Shown piece after piece: positions 37,345 through 49,161 of a stretch of 64,000 nt of DNA. Where the stretch lies: the NCBI GenBank assembly GCA_000431815.1, contig FR889219.1:422-64421 (forward strand), written 5' to 3'. This DNA is from Butyrivibrio sp. CAG:318. GTDB taxonomy: Bacteria; Bacillota; Clostridia; Lachnospirales; Lachnospiraceae. The position numbers and the translations under genes are program-made. Within the stretch, counting starts at the first letter, position 1; every line of letters starts with the position of its first letter. Below the pieces are notes generated by a model, which did no database searches, was not told the origin of the DNA, and worked only from the letters and a program-made list of their open reading frames with translations.

Positions 37345-38433
37345 ATGATTTCTAATCAGATACTTCAAAATACGATTGAAGGACTCAAGTCAATTACGAG
37401 AATAGACCTGTGTATAATGGACACGGACGGTAAGGTGTTAGCCTCAACTTTCTCCGGTGCGGAGGGGCATGAGGAAGCGGTATGTTCATTTGTAGATTCA
37501 CCGGCCGACAGTCAGGTTGTATCAGGATACCAGTTTTTCAAGGTTTATGACGACAGCCGCCTTGAATATGTGCTTATAGTTAACGGCGGAAGCGAAGATG
37601 TTTATATGATTGGCAAGATTGCAGCTTTTCAGATACAGAATCTTCTTGTGGCATATAAGGAGCGCTTTGATAAGGATAATTTTATCAAGAACCTGCTGCT
37701 TGATAATCTTCTGCTCGTTGATATATATAACCGTGCGAAGAAGCTGCATATTGAGACAGATGTGCGAAGAATTGTATTTATCATAGAGACTAAGCATGAG
37801 AAGGACAATGGCGCGCTTGAGACAGTGCGTACGCTTTTTGCCACGAAGACGAAGGATTTCATTACGGCTGTTGATGAGAAGAATATAATCATTGTTAAGG
37901 AAGTTAAACCGAATGAGTCATATAAGGAACTGGAACAGACGGCCTATGTAGTACTTGATACTCTCAATACAGAGGCCATGAGTAAAGTTCATATTGCGTA
38001 CGGTACCATAGTTAATTCAATTAAGGAAGTGTCGCGTTCATACAAAGAAGCGAAGATGGCACTTGATGTAGGCAAGATTTTTTACAGTGACCGTAATGTC
38101 GTAGCATACAGTAATCTGGGTATAGGAAGACTTATTTACCAGCTTCCGATACCGTTATGCAAGATGTTCATCAAGGAAATTTTCGGTGGCAAATCGCCGG
38201 ATGATTTTGATGAAGAGACTCTTTCCACCATTAATAAGTTCTTTGAGAACAGCCTTAATGTGTCGGAAACATCACGCCAGCTTTTTATCCACAGGAATAC
38301 GCTTGTGTACAGGCTGGATAAGATACAGAAGAGTACAGGACTTGACCTCAGGATTTTTGAAGATGCGATTACTTTTAAGATAGCGCTTATGGTGGTCAAG
38401 TATATGAAATATATGGAAACGATTGATTATTGA
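37345..38433 (+). CDS. CdaR/PucR-family transcriptional regulator
   Basis: C-terminal HTH LNVSETSRQLFIHRNTLVYRLDKI..TGLDL; start ATG 37345 behind AAGGAG. Confidence 0.88.
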   Translation: MISNQILQNTIEGLKSITRIDLCIMDTDGKVLASTFSGAEGHEEAVCSFVDSPADSQVVSGYQFFKVYDDSRLEYVLIVNGGSEDVYMIGKIAAFQIQNLLVAYKERFDKDNFIKNLLLDNLLLVDIYNRAKKLHIETDVRRIVFIIETKHEKDNGALETVRTLFATKTKDFITAVDEKNIIIVKEVKPNESYKELEQTAYVVLDTLNTEAMSKVHIAYGTIVNSIKEVSRSYKEAKMALDVGKIFYSDRNVVAYSNLGIGRLIYQLPIPLCKMFIKEIFGGKSPDDFDEETLSTINKFFENSLNVSETSRQLFIHRNTLVYRLDKIQKSTGLDLRIFEDAITFKIALMVVKYMKYMETIDY

Positions 38434-38496
38434 TATTGCAGGCCGGTATAATTGTATCTGACCGCGGCGTATCAATATACCAAAGGACAGTATAAG

Positions 38497-39183
38497 ATGA
38501 TAGATTTAGAGAACGTAAGTAAAACATATTCAACAGGTGTTCCGGCACTTGAAAATATTAACCTGCACATTGACAAGGGCGAATTTGTATTTATTACCGG
38601 TGTCAGTGGTTCGGGTAAGTCAACGCTGATTAAGCTTCTCCTTAAGGAACTTAATCCGACGTCGGGAAGAATTGTTATTAACGGCAGGAATCTTTCCGGA
38701 ATCAAGCCGAATAAGCTCCCATATCTAAGAAGGGATATCGGAGTTGTTTTTCAGGACTTCAGACTTTTTGAAGACCGTAATGTGTACGAGAATGTTGCAT
38801 TTGCACAGAAAGCGATAGAGGCACCGGGAAAGAGAATCCGTGCCAAGGTGCTTGCCATGCTTTCCATGGTAGGCCTTCTTGAAAAATATAAGACTAACCC
38901 TAAGCAGCTTTCCGGTGGAGAACAGCAGAGGGTTGCCATAGCCAGGGCGCTTATCAATAAGCCGGCTATCCTGCTTGCAGACGAGCCTACGGGTAATCTT
39001 GACGAGGCGAACTCATGGGAGATCATGAAGCTTCTGGAGAATGCCAATGAGCAGGGCACAACGGTCGTTGTGGTTACGCATAACCTTGAGATTGTAAGGG
39101 CGATGCGCAAGAGAACAATAACTATTGAAAATGGACATATTGTTCATGATATAGAGGAAGGCGGTAATTTCTATGAAATTTAA
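38497..39183 (+). CDS. ftsE: cell division ATP-binding protein FtsE
   Basis: [36 protein letters not shown] and ADEPTGNLD; next to ftsX. Confidence 0.92.
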   Translation: MIDLENVSKTYSTGVPALENINLHIDKGEFVFITGVSGSGKSTLIKLLLKELNPTSGRIVINGRNLSGIKPNKLPYLRRDIGVVFQDFRLFEDRNVYENVAFAQKAIEAPGKRIRAKVLAMLSMVGLLEKYKTNPKQLSGGEQQRVAIARALINKPAILLADEPTGNLDEANSWEIMKLLENANEQGTTVVVVTHNLEIVRAMRKRTITIENGHIVHDIEEGGNFYEI

Positions 39184-40087
39184 ATCACTGGGATACTGCT
39201 TTGTTCAGGGACTTAAGAACATCGGACGTAACAGAATTTTTTCGCTTGCATCGGTTGTGACCATGTCGCTTTGTATTTTTATTCTCGGACTTTTTTACTC
39301 GATAACCAGAAATGTATCATATATGGTAGATCAGATGTCAGAGTCTCTCTGCGTCAAAGTCTTTTTTGATAAGGGAATTTCCGATGAGAGAATACAGTCC
39401 ATAGGCAATTCGATCAATAAATACGATGGCGTGACGATGGTTCATTTTACTTCCGCCGATGAGGCGTGGGAGAAGTACAAGGAAGAATATTTCGGCGAGA
39501 CGTATATGGATCTGGCCGATGGATATGCCGGAGATAATCCGCTTAAAGATTCCGCATCATATGAGGTTTACTTCAGTGATGCCGGCATGCAGGAAGATCT
39601 GGTTAATTACATTAAGGGAGTGGATGGCGTAAAGCGTGTTAACAGCTCGGATGTTACAGCTGACAGCCTTTCGGAGATAAGCAGTCTTGTAAGCATTGTG
39701 TCTCTGGTTGTGCTTGTGATGCTTACCGCCATAGCGCTTTTCCTTATCAGTAACACTATTTCGATAGGAATCACAGTCAGGGACGAGGAGATCAAGATAA
39801 TGCGCCTGCTCGGTGCACATAATGCATTTATCAGGGCACCGTTTGTCGTTGAAGGCATTATCATCGGTATTGCCGGAGCGCTTATTCCGATAGGAATATT
39901 GTATGCAGTGTATGGCAATATCGTTAAATACATTCTTACCAAGTTTTCGTTCCTCTCGAATATACTCTCATTTATGCCTGTTTCACAGCTGTTTAAGGTA
40001 TTTGTGCCTATGGCTGTGGCACTCAGTGTGGGACTCGGACTTCTCGGAAGTTTCCTGTCACTTAACAGACATCTGAAAGAGAAATAA
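39173..40087 (+). CDS. ftsX: cell division permease FtsX
   Basis: ISNTI...RDEEIKIMRLLGA..FIRAPFVVEG. Confidence 0.9.
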   Translation: MKFKSLGYCFVQGLKNIGRNRIFSLASVVTMSLCIFILGLFYSITRNVSYMVDQMSESLCVKVFFDKGISDERIQSIGNSINKYDGVTMVHFTSADEAWEKYKEEYFGETYMDLADGYAGDNPLKDSASYEVYFSDAGMQEDLVNYIKGVDGVKRVNSSDVTADSLSEISSLVSIVSLVVLVMLTAIALFLISNTISIGITVRDEEIKIMRLLGAHNAFIRAPFVVEGIIIGIAGALIPIGILYAVYGNIVKYILTKFSFLSNILSFMPVSQLFKVFVPMAVALSVGLGLLGSFLSLNRHLKEK

Positions 40088-40129
40088 GTAACTTTAAGAA
40101 CAGCATCCATCACGAAAGGGTGGTATCTA

Positions 40130-41467
40130 ATGAAAAAAATACTTAAACTGGCAGCTGTCGGTGTTTCGGCATTTATGTTATGTTCATATATCGGACAGAA
40201 TAATTATGTGCAGCCGTCTGCGGTTGAACAGACTGATATCGATGATGCCGAGAAAGAACAGCAGCAGGTCCAGAACAAGATTGATAATTTGCAGAAAGAA
40301 CTTGACAGTCTGGCATCAGACATAACGGATACCGAGAATTATATTTCGCAGCTTGATACAAAGCTTGCAGGTTATACATCACAGCTTGTGGAATGCCAGG
40401 GCAAAATAGACGCCAAGCAGACTGAAATAGACGCCAAGAAACAGCAGATTGCAGACAAACAGGCAGAGATAGACAGCGCACAGGCAGAGCTTGATGCAGC
40501 CAAAGAAACTGAAAAAGAGCAGTATGAAGCCATGAAACTCAGAATACAATATATGTATGAGTGCGGTGACAGTACTTTTCTTGATATGATTTTTTCAGCC
40601 GAGGATTTATCCGATATGCTCGGAAAGGCAGAGTATGTCAACAGCATTGTGGAATATGACAGAAATCAGCTTAAGAAGCTTGCGGATACACAGAATACAA
40701 TAAGCGGTCTTATAAGCACGATGGAAACAGACAAGGCGGCGCTTGAGACTGAGAAGACAACACTCCAGAATGAACAGAATGAGCTTCTGACATTGCAGAC
40801 GGATTTGCAGAACCAGCAGAAGTACATTGATGTGATCCTTGATGAGAAAGAGTCTAAGCTTACAGTACTTGAGGGCCAGCAGCAGAATGCCGCAACAGCA
40901 AAGGCAGCTGCCGAGAAAGAACTTGAGGAACAGAAACAGATTGTTGCGAACATAAAGGCGGAATGGCAGAGACAGCAGGAAGAGGCTAAGAATAATGGCA
41001 CAGATGCAAGCCAGGAAGCGCAGAAGACGCTTGAACAGATTGGCCTTGCCGGCGGTTTCACATGGCCGATTCCGGGATATAATATGATTACATCGGAATG
41101 GGGAACAAGATACCATCCGATACTTCATTTTACTACGCTTCATGACGGAATGGATATCTCCGGTGGAGGAATATACGGAAAGCCGATAGTGGCAGCATAC
41201 TCCGGAACGGTCAGCATTGCGGATAATTCCAATGCGACATCAGGATACGGATATTATGTTAAGATTGACCATGGTGTAGGTGTATCCACGTTGTATGCGC
41301 ATTGTTCGCTCCTTGCGGTTTCTGTTGGTCAGCAGGTACAGGCAGGACAGGTGATCGGATACATAGGAAGCACAGGTAACTCGACGGGTGCACATCTGCA
41401 TTTCTCGGTATTTGTCCAGGGTGAATCCAAGAACCCGAGGGATTATATTACAATTCCTTCGTATTAA
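40130..41467 (+). CDS. coiled-coil + M23 peptidoglycan endopeptidase (FtsEX-associated)
   Basis: Signal peptide, long coiled coil, HDGMD, TLYAHC and GSTGNSTGAHLHF. Confidence 0.88.
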   Translation: MKKILKLAAVGVSAFMLCSYIGQNNYVQPSAVEQTDIDDAEKEQQQVQNKIDNLQKELDSLASDITDTENYISQLDTKLAGYTSQLVECQGKIDAKQTEIDAKKQQIADKQAEIDSAQAELDAAKETEKEQYEAMKLRIQYMYECGDSTFLDMIFSAEDLSDMLGKAEYVNSIVEYDRNQLKKLADTQNTISGLISTMETDKAALETEKTTLQNEQNELLTLQTDLQNQQKYIDVILDEKESKLTVLEGQQQNAATAKAAAEKELEEQKQIVANIKAEWQRQQEEAKNNGTDASQEAQKTLEQIGLAGGFTWPIPGYNMITSEWGTRYHPILHFTTLHDGMDISGGGIYGKPIVAAYSGTVSIADNSNATSGYGYYVKIDHGVGVSTLYAHCSLLAVSVGQQVQAGQVIGYIGSTGNSTGAHLHFSVFVQGESKNPRDYITIPSY

Positions 41468-41487
41468 TTTTTGACAGGTAACAGGTA

Positions 41488-42705
41488 ATGGGTGACGAAG
41501 AAGTTAAGAAATTATATAAAAAGGGAATAAGAATCGGAGCAGCAATCGGTGCATTATCGGTATTGCTGGTGTGCGCAATTGCGGTCGGAATTATTTTTTC
41601 CCTGAATTATGAACGCAAAGTCAAGGCGGACAGAACGACACTGGCGCTAGGCGACAATGTGACATCAAAGATTAACGAACTTACGGGAATTGTCGATTCG
41701 CTTTTTCTGTACGATTATGATAAAGATGAGATGGCTGACAATATCTACAAGGCGGTCATGAGCAGTCTTGACGATCCGTACAGTAAATATTATACAGCTG
41801 AGGAATATAAGGAATTGTCCGCGAGTACGGAAGGCGTTTATTATGGTATAGGTGCGACGGTCACATTGAATGATGACGGATATGTACGTATTGTACAGAC
41901 GCAGGAGGGCTCGCCGGCAGAGGAAGCCGGGATTCTTGCGGAGGATGTCATTACGGAAGTGGCCGGAGAGAATGTCAAGGGCATGAAGCTTGACGATATA
42001 GTAAGCCGGATGAAGGGCGAGGAAGGCACAAGTGTTACACTTACTATTGTCCGTGGAGACGAAACTCTTAAGATAGATGTGACAAGACGTAAAATAGATT
42101 CTGTGCTTGTGACCGGAAAAATGCTTGATAATAATATAGGATACATTGCAATGAGCCAGTTTGAAGGTGTTACGCTCGAACAGTTCAATAATGCTTTTGA
42201 TGATCTGAAGGAACAGGGCATGCAGGGACTTATCATTGATGTCAGGGGCAATCCGGGCGGAAGACTTGATACGGTTACGGATATTCTTGACAGACTTCTT
42301 CCTGAAGGACTTATCGTATATATGCAGGATAAGAATGGCAAGCGCGAAGAAATCCGTTCCGATGCGGAATGCGATCTTGATGTTCCGTGTGCGGTGCTTG
42401 TCAACGGAAACAGCGCAAGTGCATCGGAAGTATTTTCCGGAGCTTTGCAGGATTACGGACTTGCCGGAATAATCGGTACGCAGACTTTCGGAAAAGGAAT
42501 AGTCCAGTCCATATATAAGCTCGATGACGGTTCGGCTGTTAAGCTGACCACACAGGATTATTACACTCCGAACGGCAACAATATTCACGGAATAGGCATC
42601 ACACCTGATGAGGTTGTTGAACTTGACGAGGATGCTTATAAGAAGGATGGAACAGACACGCAGCTTGATGCGGCAGTCAGGTATATTATGGACAAATTAC
42701 AATAA
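41488..42705 (+). CDS. ctpA: S41 carboxyl-terminal processing protease
   Basis: DPYS, PDZ domain, DVRGNPGG, SASASE and TFGKG. Confidence 0.88.
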   Translation: MGDEEVKKLYKKGIRIGAAIGALSVLLVCAIAVGIIFSLNYERKVKADRTTLALGDNVTSKINELTGIVDSLFLYDYDKDEMADNIYKAVMSSLDDPYSKYYTAEEYKELSASTEGVYYGIGATVTLNDDGYVRIVQTQEGSPAEEAGILAEDVITEVAGENVKGMKLDDIVSRMKGEEGTSVTLTIVRGDETLKIDVTRRKIDSVLVTGKMLDNNIGYIAMSQFEGVTLEQFNNAFDDLKEQGMQGLIIDVRGNPGGRLDTVTDILDRLLPEGLIVYMQDKNGKREEIRSDAECDLDVPCAVLVNGNSASASEVFSGALQDYGLAGIIGTQTFGKGIVQSIYKLDDGSAVKLTTQDYYTPNGNNIHGIGITPDEVVELDEDAYKKDGTDTQLDAAVRYIMDKLQ

Positions 42706-42715
42706 TAAATAATAG

Positions 42716-42747
42716 AGGTGCCGGACGTTGGTCCGGCATCTTTTTTT
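42716..42747 (+). terminator. intrinsic terminator
   Basis: AGGTGCCGGAC-gttg-GTCCGGCATCT followed by a T tail. Confidence 0.85.
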
Positions 42748-42763
42748 GAATCTGTTAAATACA

Positions 42764-42775
42764 GAACAAATGTTT
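42764..42775. promoter_or_regulatory. LexA (SOS/Cheo) box upstream of uvrBA
   Basis: GAACaaatGTTT versus Firmicutes consensus GAAC-N4-GTTC, just upstream of a TGcTATAAT -10. Confidence 0.7.
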
Positions 42776-42844
42776 GCAAAAGTATGTACATTTAAAATTG
42801 ATTATGCTATAATGGGTAAAAATCATTGATTAAGGTGTAAGAGT

Positions 42845-44830
42845 ATGGATCATTTTGAATTGGTATCGGAATACGGACCGACCGGAGACCAGCCGCAGGC
42901 TATAGAGAAGCTAGTGAAGGGATTTGAAGAGGGCGACCAGTTCCAGACACTTCTCGGTGTAACGGGTTCCGGTAAGACATTCACCATGGCGAATGTAATA
43001 CAGAAGCTTAACAGACCGACACTTGTCATAGCGCATAATAAGACACTTGCCGGCCAGCTGTATTCGGAATTTAAGGAATTTTTCCCCAATAATGCGGTCG
43101 AATATTTTGTCTCATATTATGATTATTATCAGCCGGAGGCATATGTACCTTCTACGGACACATATATAGAGAAGGACTCCGCGATTAACGACGAGATAGA
43201 TAAGCTCAGGCATTCCGCTACGGCAGCGTTGTCGGAGCGCAGGGATGTTATAATAGTTGCCAGCGTGTCGTGCATATACGGTCTCGGAAGCCCGATTGAC
43301 TATCAGAATATGGTGGTTTCGCTAAGACCGGGGATGGAGAGAGACCGTGATGATGTTATAAGGCAGCTTGTTGATTTGCAATATACCAGGAATGACATGG
43401 ATTTCAAGCGCGGAACCTTCCGGGTAAGGGGGGATGTGCTGGAGATTTTCCCGGCATCGAGCGGTGACTGTGCGGTCAGAGTGGAATTTTTTGGGGATGA
43501 AGTGGACAGAATAACGGAGATAGATACGCTGACGGGAGAGATTAAGGCCGAGCTTAAGCATACCGCAATTTTCCCGGCATCGCATTATGTTGTTCCGAGG
43601 GATAAGCTGGTTAAGGCTGCCGAGAATATACGCGCGGAAGCCAAGGAACGGGTGGCTTATTTTAAGAGCGAGGACAGGCTCATTGAGGCACAGAGAATAG
43701 GCGAGAGAACGGAATTTGATGTAGAGATGATGCTTGAGACAGGATTCTGCTCCGGTATCGAGAATTATTCGAGACATCTTACAGGACTGGCTCCGGGAAC
43801 ACCTCCGTGGACACTTATGGATTATTTTCCGGATGATTTTATCATAATGGTTGATGAATCACATATTACAATACCACAGATACGCGGAATGTATTTCGGT
43901 GACCGTTCCAGAAAGACCACACTTGTGGATTATGGGTTCCGTCTTCCGTCGGCACTTGATAACAGACCGCTGAATTTTGAAGAATTTGAGAGTAAGATTA
44001 ACCAGATGCTGTTTGTATCCGCGACCCCTTCGACATATGAAGAGGAACATGAGCTGCAGCGCGTTGAACAGATAATAAGGCCGACGGGTCTGCTTGATCC
44101 GGAGATTTCGGTAAGACCGGTTGAAGGTCAGATAGACGATCTTATAGCCGAAGTGAATAAGGAGACGGCGGCACATAATAAGGTTCTTATCACGACTCTT
44201 ACCAAGAGAATGGCGGAAGACCTGACATCGTATATGAAGGAAGCAGGAATCAGGGTCAGATATCTGCATTCGGATATTGACACGCTTGAACGTGCGCAGA
44301 TTATCAGGGATATGAGACTGGATGTTTTTGATGTGCTTGTCGGTATCAATCTTCTGCGTGAGGGCCTTGATATTCCGGAAATTACGCTTGTGGCTATTCT
44401 TGATGCAGATAAGGAAGGTTTTCTGCGCTCTGAGACCTCTCTTATACAGACGGTCGGCAGGGCGGCACGTAATGCAGACGGAAGAGTTATCATGTATGCC
44501 GATACGATTACGGATTCGATGCGTAAAGCGATAGATGAGACTGAGAGAAGACGGCATATCCAGCAGGAATATAATGAAGCGCATAATATAACACCGACGA
44601 CGATCAAGAAGGCTGTCCGCGACCTTATTGCAATTTCCAAGACAGCATCGGAGAGCGGCAGGGATCTTGAGAAAGATATTGAATCGATGAACCACCGCGA
44701 ACTTGAGAAGCTTATCAAAGAACTTACTAAGAAGATGCATAAGGCAGCTGCAGACCTGAATTTTGAGGAAGCGGCACAGATAAGAGACAGAATAACAGAA
44801 ATCAGAAAGACGATGGATGACAATGAATAA
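42845..44830 (+). CDS. uvrB: excinuclease ABC subunit B
   Basis: [36 protein letters not shown] and a C-terminal UVR domain. Confidence 0.97.
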   Translation: MDHFELVSEYGPTGDQPQAIEKLVKGFEEGDQFQTLLGVTGSGKTFTMANVIQKLNRPTLVIAHNKTLAGQLYSEFKEFFPNNAVEYFVSYYDYYQPEAYVPSTDTYIEKDSAINDEIDKLRHSATAALSERRDVIIVASVSCIYGLGSPIDYQNMVVSLRPGMERDRDDVIRQLVDLQYTRNDMDFKRGTFRVRGDVLEIFPASSGDCAVRVEFFGDEVDRITEIDTLTGEIKAELKHTAIFPASHYVVPRDKLVKAAENIRAEAKERVAYFKSEDRLIEAQRIGERTEFDVEMMLETGFCSGIENYSRHLTGLAPGTPPWTLMDYFPDDFIIMVDESHITIPQIRGMYFGDRSRKTTLVDYGFRLPSALDNRPLNFEEFESKINQMLFVSATPSTYEEEHELQRVEQIIRPTGLLDPEISVRPVEGQIDDLIAEVNKETAAHNKVLITTLTKRMAEDLTSYMKEAGIRVRYLHSDIDTLERAQIIRDMRLDVFDVLVGINLLREGLDIPEITLVAILDADKEGFLRSETSLIQTVGRAARNADGRVIMYADTITDSMRKAIDETERRRHIQQEYNEAHNITPTTIKKAVRDLIAISKTASESGRDLEKDIESMNHRELEKLIKELTKKMHKAAADLNFEEAAQIRDRITEIRKTMDDNE

Positions 44831-47657
44831 ATTTCAAAGACAATATATTAAAATACGAGGTGCAAGAGAACATAATCTTAAGAATATAGATGTTGATATA
44901 CCGAGAGATTCTTTTACCGTTCTTACGGGACTCAGCGGTTCCGGCAAGTCCTCACTTGCTTTTGATACGATTTATGCCGAAGGGCAGAGAAGGTATATGG
45001 AATCGTTGTCTTCATATGCCAGACAATTTCTCGGCCAGATGGAGAAGCCTGATGTTGAGAGCATACAGGGACTTTCTCCGGCAATCTCAATCGACCAGAA
45101 GTCAACTAACCGTAATCCGCGTTCCACGGTTGGAACCGTTACTGAGATATATGATTACATGAGGCTTCTCTATGCCAGAATAGGCATCCCGCATTGTCCG
45201 AAATGCGGACGCGAGATTAAGCGTCAGACTATTGACCAGATGGTTGACCAGATAATGATGTTACCTGAGAGAACGAAGTTCCAGCTTCTGGCACCGGTTG
45301 TGCGCGGACGTAAGGGCGAGCACAAGAAGGTGTTTGAGAGCGCGCGTAAAAGCGGGTATGTGAGAGTAAGAGTTGACGGCAATGTATATGAATTGTCCGA
45401 AGACATTAACCTTGAGAAAAACAATAAGCATAATATAGAAATTGTTGTGGACCGCCTTGCGGTCAAGGAAGGAATGCAAAGACGTCTTGCGGATTCCATA
45501 GAGAATGTCATGAAGCTTTCCGACGGACTTATGATAGTGGATGTAATCGGTGGAACACCGATTAATTTCAGCATGAGTTTTGCCTGCCCTGACTGTGGAA
45601 TCAGTATTGATGAGATTGAACCGAGAAGTTTCTCATTTAACAATCCGTACGGTGCGTGTCCGGAATGCTTCGGGCTTGGATATAAGATGGAATTTGACGT
45701 TGATCTTATGATTCCGGATAAGAAGTTGTCCATCAATGAAGGTGCGATTCAGGCTATGGGATGGCAGTCCTGCAATGACCCGAAGAGTTTCACGTATGCT
45801 ATTTTAAACGCACTATCCAAAGCATATAATTTTTCACTGGATACACCGTTTGGAGAATATCCTGATGAGATTAAGAATGTCCTTATACATGGAACCGGAG
45901 GCCGCGAGGTCGAGGTACATTACACAGGACAGAGGGGAAGTGGTGTTTACCCTGTTGCATTTGAGGGATTAATTAAGAACATGGAACGCCGTTATCGTGA
46001 GACCGGCTCGGATGTCATGAAGCAGGAATATGAGGAATTTATGCGCATCACACCTTGTAAGGTCTGTAAGGGACAGAGGCTTAAAGCTTCATCGCTTGCG
46101 GTTACTGTTGGTGATAAGAATATATACGAAGTGACGGATATGTCGATTGTTAAGCTGGTGGATTATTTTGATACACTTGAACTTAATGAGATGCAGCATA
46201 AGATTGGCGATCAGATTCTTAAAGAAATCAAATCCCGTATAGGATTTCTCAACAATGTCGGACTTGATTATCTTACACTGTCCAGAGCGACCGGAACGCT
46301 TTCCGGCGGAGAAGCGCAGAGAATAAGACTTGCTACGCAGATCGGTTCGGGCCTTGTAGGCGTGGCTTATATACTTGATGAACCGAGCATAGGCCTGCAT
46401 CAGAGAGATAACGACAAGCTTCTGGCAGCGCTTATGAGACTCAGGGATCTTGGCAATACACTTATCGTGGTTGAACATGATGAAGACACAATGCGGGCGG
46501 CAGATTATATAGTTGATATAGGACCTGCAGCCGGAGAACATGGCGGAGAAGTTATAGCAACCGGAACCGCGGAAGATATAATGAAGTGCGATAAATCAAT
46601 TACTGGTGCTTACCTAAGCGGTCGAATGAAAATTCCGGTACCAAAGGTACGTAAGGAACCTGCCGGATGGATTACGATCAGGGGCGCGAGACAGAATAAC
46701 CTCAAAAATATCGATGTTGATATCCCATTGGGAATAATGACCTGCGTTACAGGTGTATCAGGCTCAGGTAAGAGTTCACTTGTAAATGAAATCCTTTACA
46801 AGACGCTTGCAAGAGATTTGAACAGGGCAAGATGTATTCCGGGAGAACATGACGATATAACCGGAATCGATCAGCTTGATAAGGTTATCAATATAGACCA
46901 GTCACCGATAGGGCGTACACCGCGTTCTAATCCTGCGACATATACCGGAGTATTTGATCTGATACGTGATCTTTTTGCGGCTACCCCCGATGCCAAGGCC
47001 AAAGGTTATAAGAAGGGCCGATTCAGTTTCAATGTCAAAGGCGGAAGATGTGAGGCGTGTTCCGGAGACGGAATACTTAAGATTGAGATGCATTTCCTGC
47101 CGGATGTGTATGTCCCGTGCGAAGTATGCGGCGGAAAGCGTTATAACAGGGAGACACTGGATGTCAAATACAAGGGAAAGAGCATATATGATGTCCTTGA
47201 TATGACTGTTGAAGAAGCAGTGAAATTCTTTGACAATGTTCCTGCTATCAAGCGTAAGATAGAGACGCTTAACGATGTTGGTCTGTCATATATAAGACTT
47301 GGACAGCCTTCGACAGAACTTTCCGGCGGAGAAGCACAGCGTATCAAACTTGCTGCCGAACTGAGCAAACGGAGTACCGGAAGGACGATATATATACTGG
47401 ATGAGCCGACGACCGGATTGCATTTTGCGGACGTCCACAAGCTTGTGGAAATCCTCCATAAGCTGACAGAGAGCGGAAATACGGTGGTTGTAATAGAACA
47501 TAATCTGGACGTGATCAAAACGGCGGATTATATTATAGACATAGGACCTGAGGGCGGAGACCGGGGCGGAACGGTAATTGCCAAAGGCACGCCGGAGGAA
47601 GTGGCAGCGGTTCCCGAATCATTTACAGGCCAGTATGTCTCCAAGTATCTGTCATAG
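44823..47657 (+). CDS. uvrA: excinuclease ABC subunit A
   Basis: GAREHNLKN, two Walker A motifs ([16 protein letters not shown]), Zn fingers and LSGGEAQR twice. Confidence 0.97.
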   Translation: MNKFQRQYIKIRGAREHNLKNIDVDIPRDSFTVLTGLSGSGKSSLAFDTIYAEGQRRYMESLSSYARQFLGQMEKPDVESIQGLSPAISIDQKSTNRNPRSTVGTVTEIYDYMRLLYARIGIPHCPKCGREIKRQTIDQMVDQIMMLPERTKFQLLAPVVRGRKGEHKKVFESARKSGYVRVRVDGNVYELSEDINLEKNNKHNIEIVVDRLAVKEGMQRRLADSIENVMKLSDGLMIVDVIGGTPINFSMSFACPDCGISIDEIEPRSFSFNNPYGACPECFGLGYKMEFDVDLMIPDKKLSINEGAIQAMGWQSCNDPKSFTYAILNALSKAYNFSLDTPFGEYPDEIKNVLIHGTGGREVEVHYTGQRGSGVYPVAFEGLIKNMERRYRETGSDVMKQEYEEFMRITPCKVCKGQRLKASSLAVTVGDKNIYEVTDMSIVKLVDYFDTLELNEMQHKIGDQILKEIKSRIGFLNNVGLDYLTLSRATGTLSGGEAQRIRLATQIGSGLVGVAYILDEPSIGLHQRDNDKLLAALMRLRDLGNTLIVVEHDEDTMRAADYIVDIGPAAGEHGGEVIATGTAEDIMKCDKSITGAYLSGRMKIPVPKVRKEPAGWITIRGARQNNLKNIDVDIPLGIMTCVTGVSGSGKSSLVNEILYKTLARDLNRARCIPGEHDDITGIDQLDKVINIDQSPIGRTPRSNPATYTGVFDLIRDLFAATPDAKAKGYKKGRFSFNVKGGRCEACSGDGILKIEMHFLPDVYVPCEVCGGKRYNRETLDVKYKGKSIYDVLDMTVEEAVKFFDNVPAIKRKIETLNDVGLSYIRLGQPSTELSGGEAQRIKLAAELSKRSTGRTIYILDEPTTGLHFADVHKLVEILHKLTESGNTVVVIEHNLDVIKTADYIIDIGPEGGDRGGTVIAKGTPEEVAAVPESFTGQYVSKYLS

Positions 47658-47665
47658 TAATCCGA

Positions 47666-47694
47666 TTATACTTTTGACATCTGCATCATATAAT
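47666..47694 (+). promoter_or_regulatory. possible sigma-E sporulation promoter
   Basis: TTATACT-N14-CATATAAT upstream of the dacB-like gene. Confidence 0.4.
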
Positions 47695-47726
47695 TAACAG
47701 ACGATTTTAACTGGACTGATGATTGT

Positions 47727-48983
47727 ATGAAGAAAATTTTACTCGTGATATGTATAATATTATCTATAATATCGGTGATGCCGGAGGTCCGTACTGTGGC
47801 CTCGGCATCGCAGGATATTTCCCAACCGCCTGATAACGGTTTCGAAGAAGAACTCTATGCAGCAGCTGCGGTTCTTATTGATGCATCCAATAACAGAATT
47901 TTATATGAGCATAATGCGAAAAAAGCATATCCGATGGCAAGCACGACCAAAATAATGACGCTTGTTATTGCACTTGAATACGGAAATCCGGATGATATCG
48001 TAACATTTTCTCCTTATGCGGCTGCCCAGCCGGATGTGCAGCTTAATGCAGCGGCAGGAGAACAGTACAGGCTGAAAGACCTGCTGTATATTATGATGCT
48101 GCGCTCTTATAATGACGTGGCCGTAGCCGTGGCGGAACATATAGGCGAAGCGCATGGAGGCGGAGGTACGAAGGATGCGGATGAGATTACTGTACGAAAG
48201 AAGGAAGAAAGCCGGCTGTATGTGTCAAATTTTGCACACCTTATGAATGAAAAAGCCGGTGAGCTCGGCTGTGCGGATACGTATTTTATTACGCCGAACG
48301 GACTTGATGCGGAAGACGATAACGGGGTACATTCTGCCTCGGCATATGATATGGCGGTGATTGCGTCATATGCCTTGCATAATACCGATGTTACCGATAT
48401 ATGTACCGCAAGAAAGTATAACTGTAATGAACTCAACGGCAGAAGAAATGTAAGCATAACGACTGCCAATGCATTTCTTTCGATGATGGATGGCGCAATA
48501 GGAATGAAAACCGGTTTTACCGGAAAAGCAGGTTACTGTTTTGTCGGAGCGGTCAGACAGGATGGAAGGACTTTTGTCACTGTTGTGCTTGGGTGCGGGT
48601 GGCCGCCGCATAAAACATATAAATGGAGTGATACACGCAAACTTATGTCATATGGAATCAATAATTTTTTTCCCCAGAAAATTCTGGTACCGGATCCGGA
48701 TTTTGGAAAAATATGTGTGATGGGAGGCGTAAGTGATGAGTGTGGTACGGAGATAACGGACTCGTTGGAAATGCTTGTAAGCAGTGCGGAAAATATTGAT
48801 ATCAGTTACGAAATGCCCAAGTATGTTGAGGCTCCGGTGCATAAGGGAGATGTCGCGGGATATGTACACATTAAAATAAATGACCAAAATCAAATATCTT
48901 ATCCGATTAAAATCAAAGACGACATCGAAGAGGTGGATTACCTCTGGTTTCTTAATAAAATAATTGACGATTATACCTTATGA
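47727..48983 (+). CDS. D-alanyl-D-alanine carboxypeptidase (peptidase S11, DacB/DacF-like)
   Basis: ASTTK, SYN and KTG motifs; signal peptide; PBP5_C-like tail. Confidence 0.88.
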   Translation: MKKILLVICIILSIISVMPEVRTVASASQDISQPPDNGFEEELYAAAAVLIDASNNRILYEHNAKKAYPMASTTKIMTLVIALEYGNPDDIVTFSPYAAAQPDVQLNAAAGEQYRLKDLLYIMMLRSYNDVAVAVAEHIGEAHGGGGTKDADEITVRKKEESRLYVSNFAHLMNEKAGELGCADTYFITPNGLDAEDDNGVHSASAYDMAVIASYALHNTDVTDICTARKYNCNELNGRRNVSITTANAFLSMMDGAIGMKTGFTGKAGYCFVGAVRQDGRTFVTVVLGCGWPPHKTYKWSDTRKLMSYGINNFFPQKILVPDPDFGKICVMGGVSDECGTEITDSLEMLVSSAENIDISYEMPKYVEAPVHKGDVAGYVHIKINDQNQISYPIKIKDDIEEVDYLWFLNKIIDDYTL

Positions 48984-49161
48984 AAACATCCATATGAAGC
49001 AGTGACCGGATGCTGCAATCAATGCCCGGTTCCACATAATAAAAATAAGCCGATATTGTCAAAAAAATAACAAATTAGCCTTGATTATTTTCAAAATAGA
49101 TATTACAATATATTTGGTAAAAATTGCGATTTTGATAATATAAATTATGGAGGTCTCAAAT

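Noticed and set aside
41665..44823. Long antisense ORFs opposite ctpA and uvrB (likewise opposite putP and oadB)
   Set aside because: Shadow ORFs of well-conserved genes, without RBS or recognisable motifs.
49049..49056. GCCGATAT sigma-28 -10 match before the decarboxylase operon
   Set aside because: No TAAA-like -35 at 15-nt spacing.
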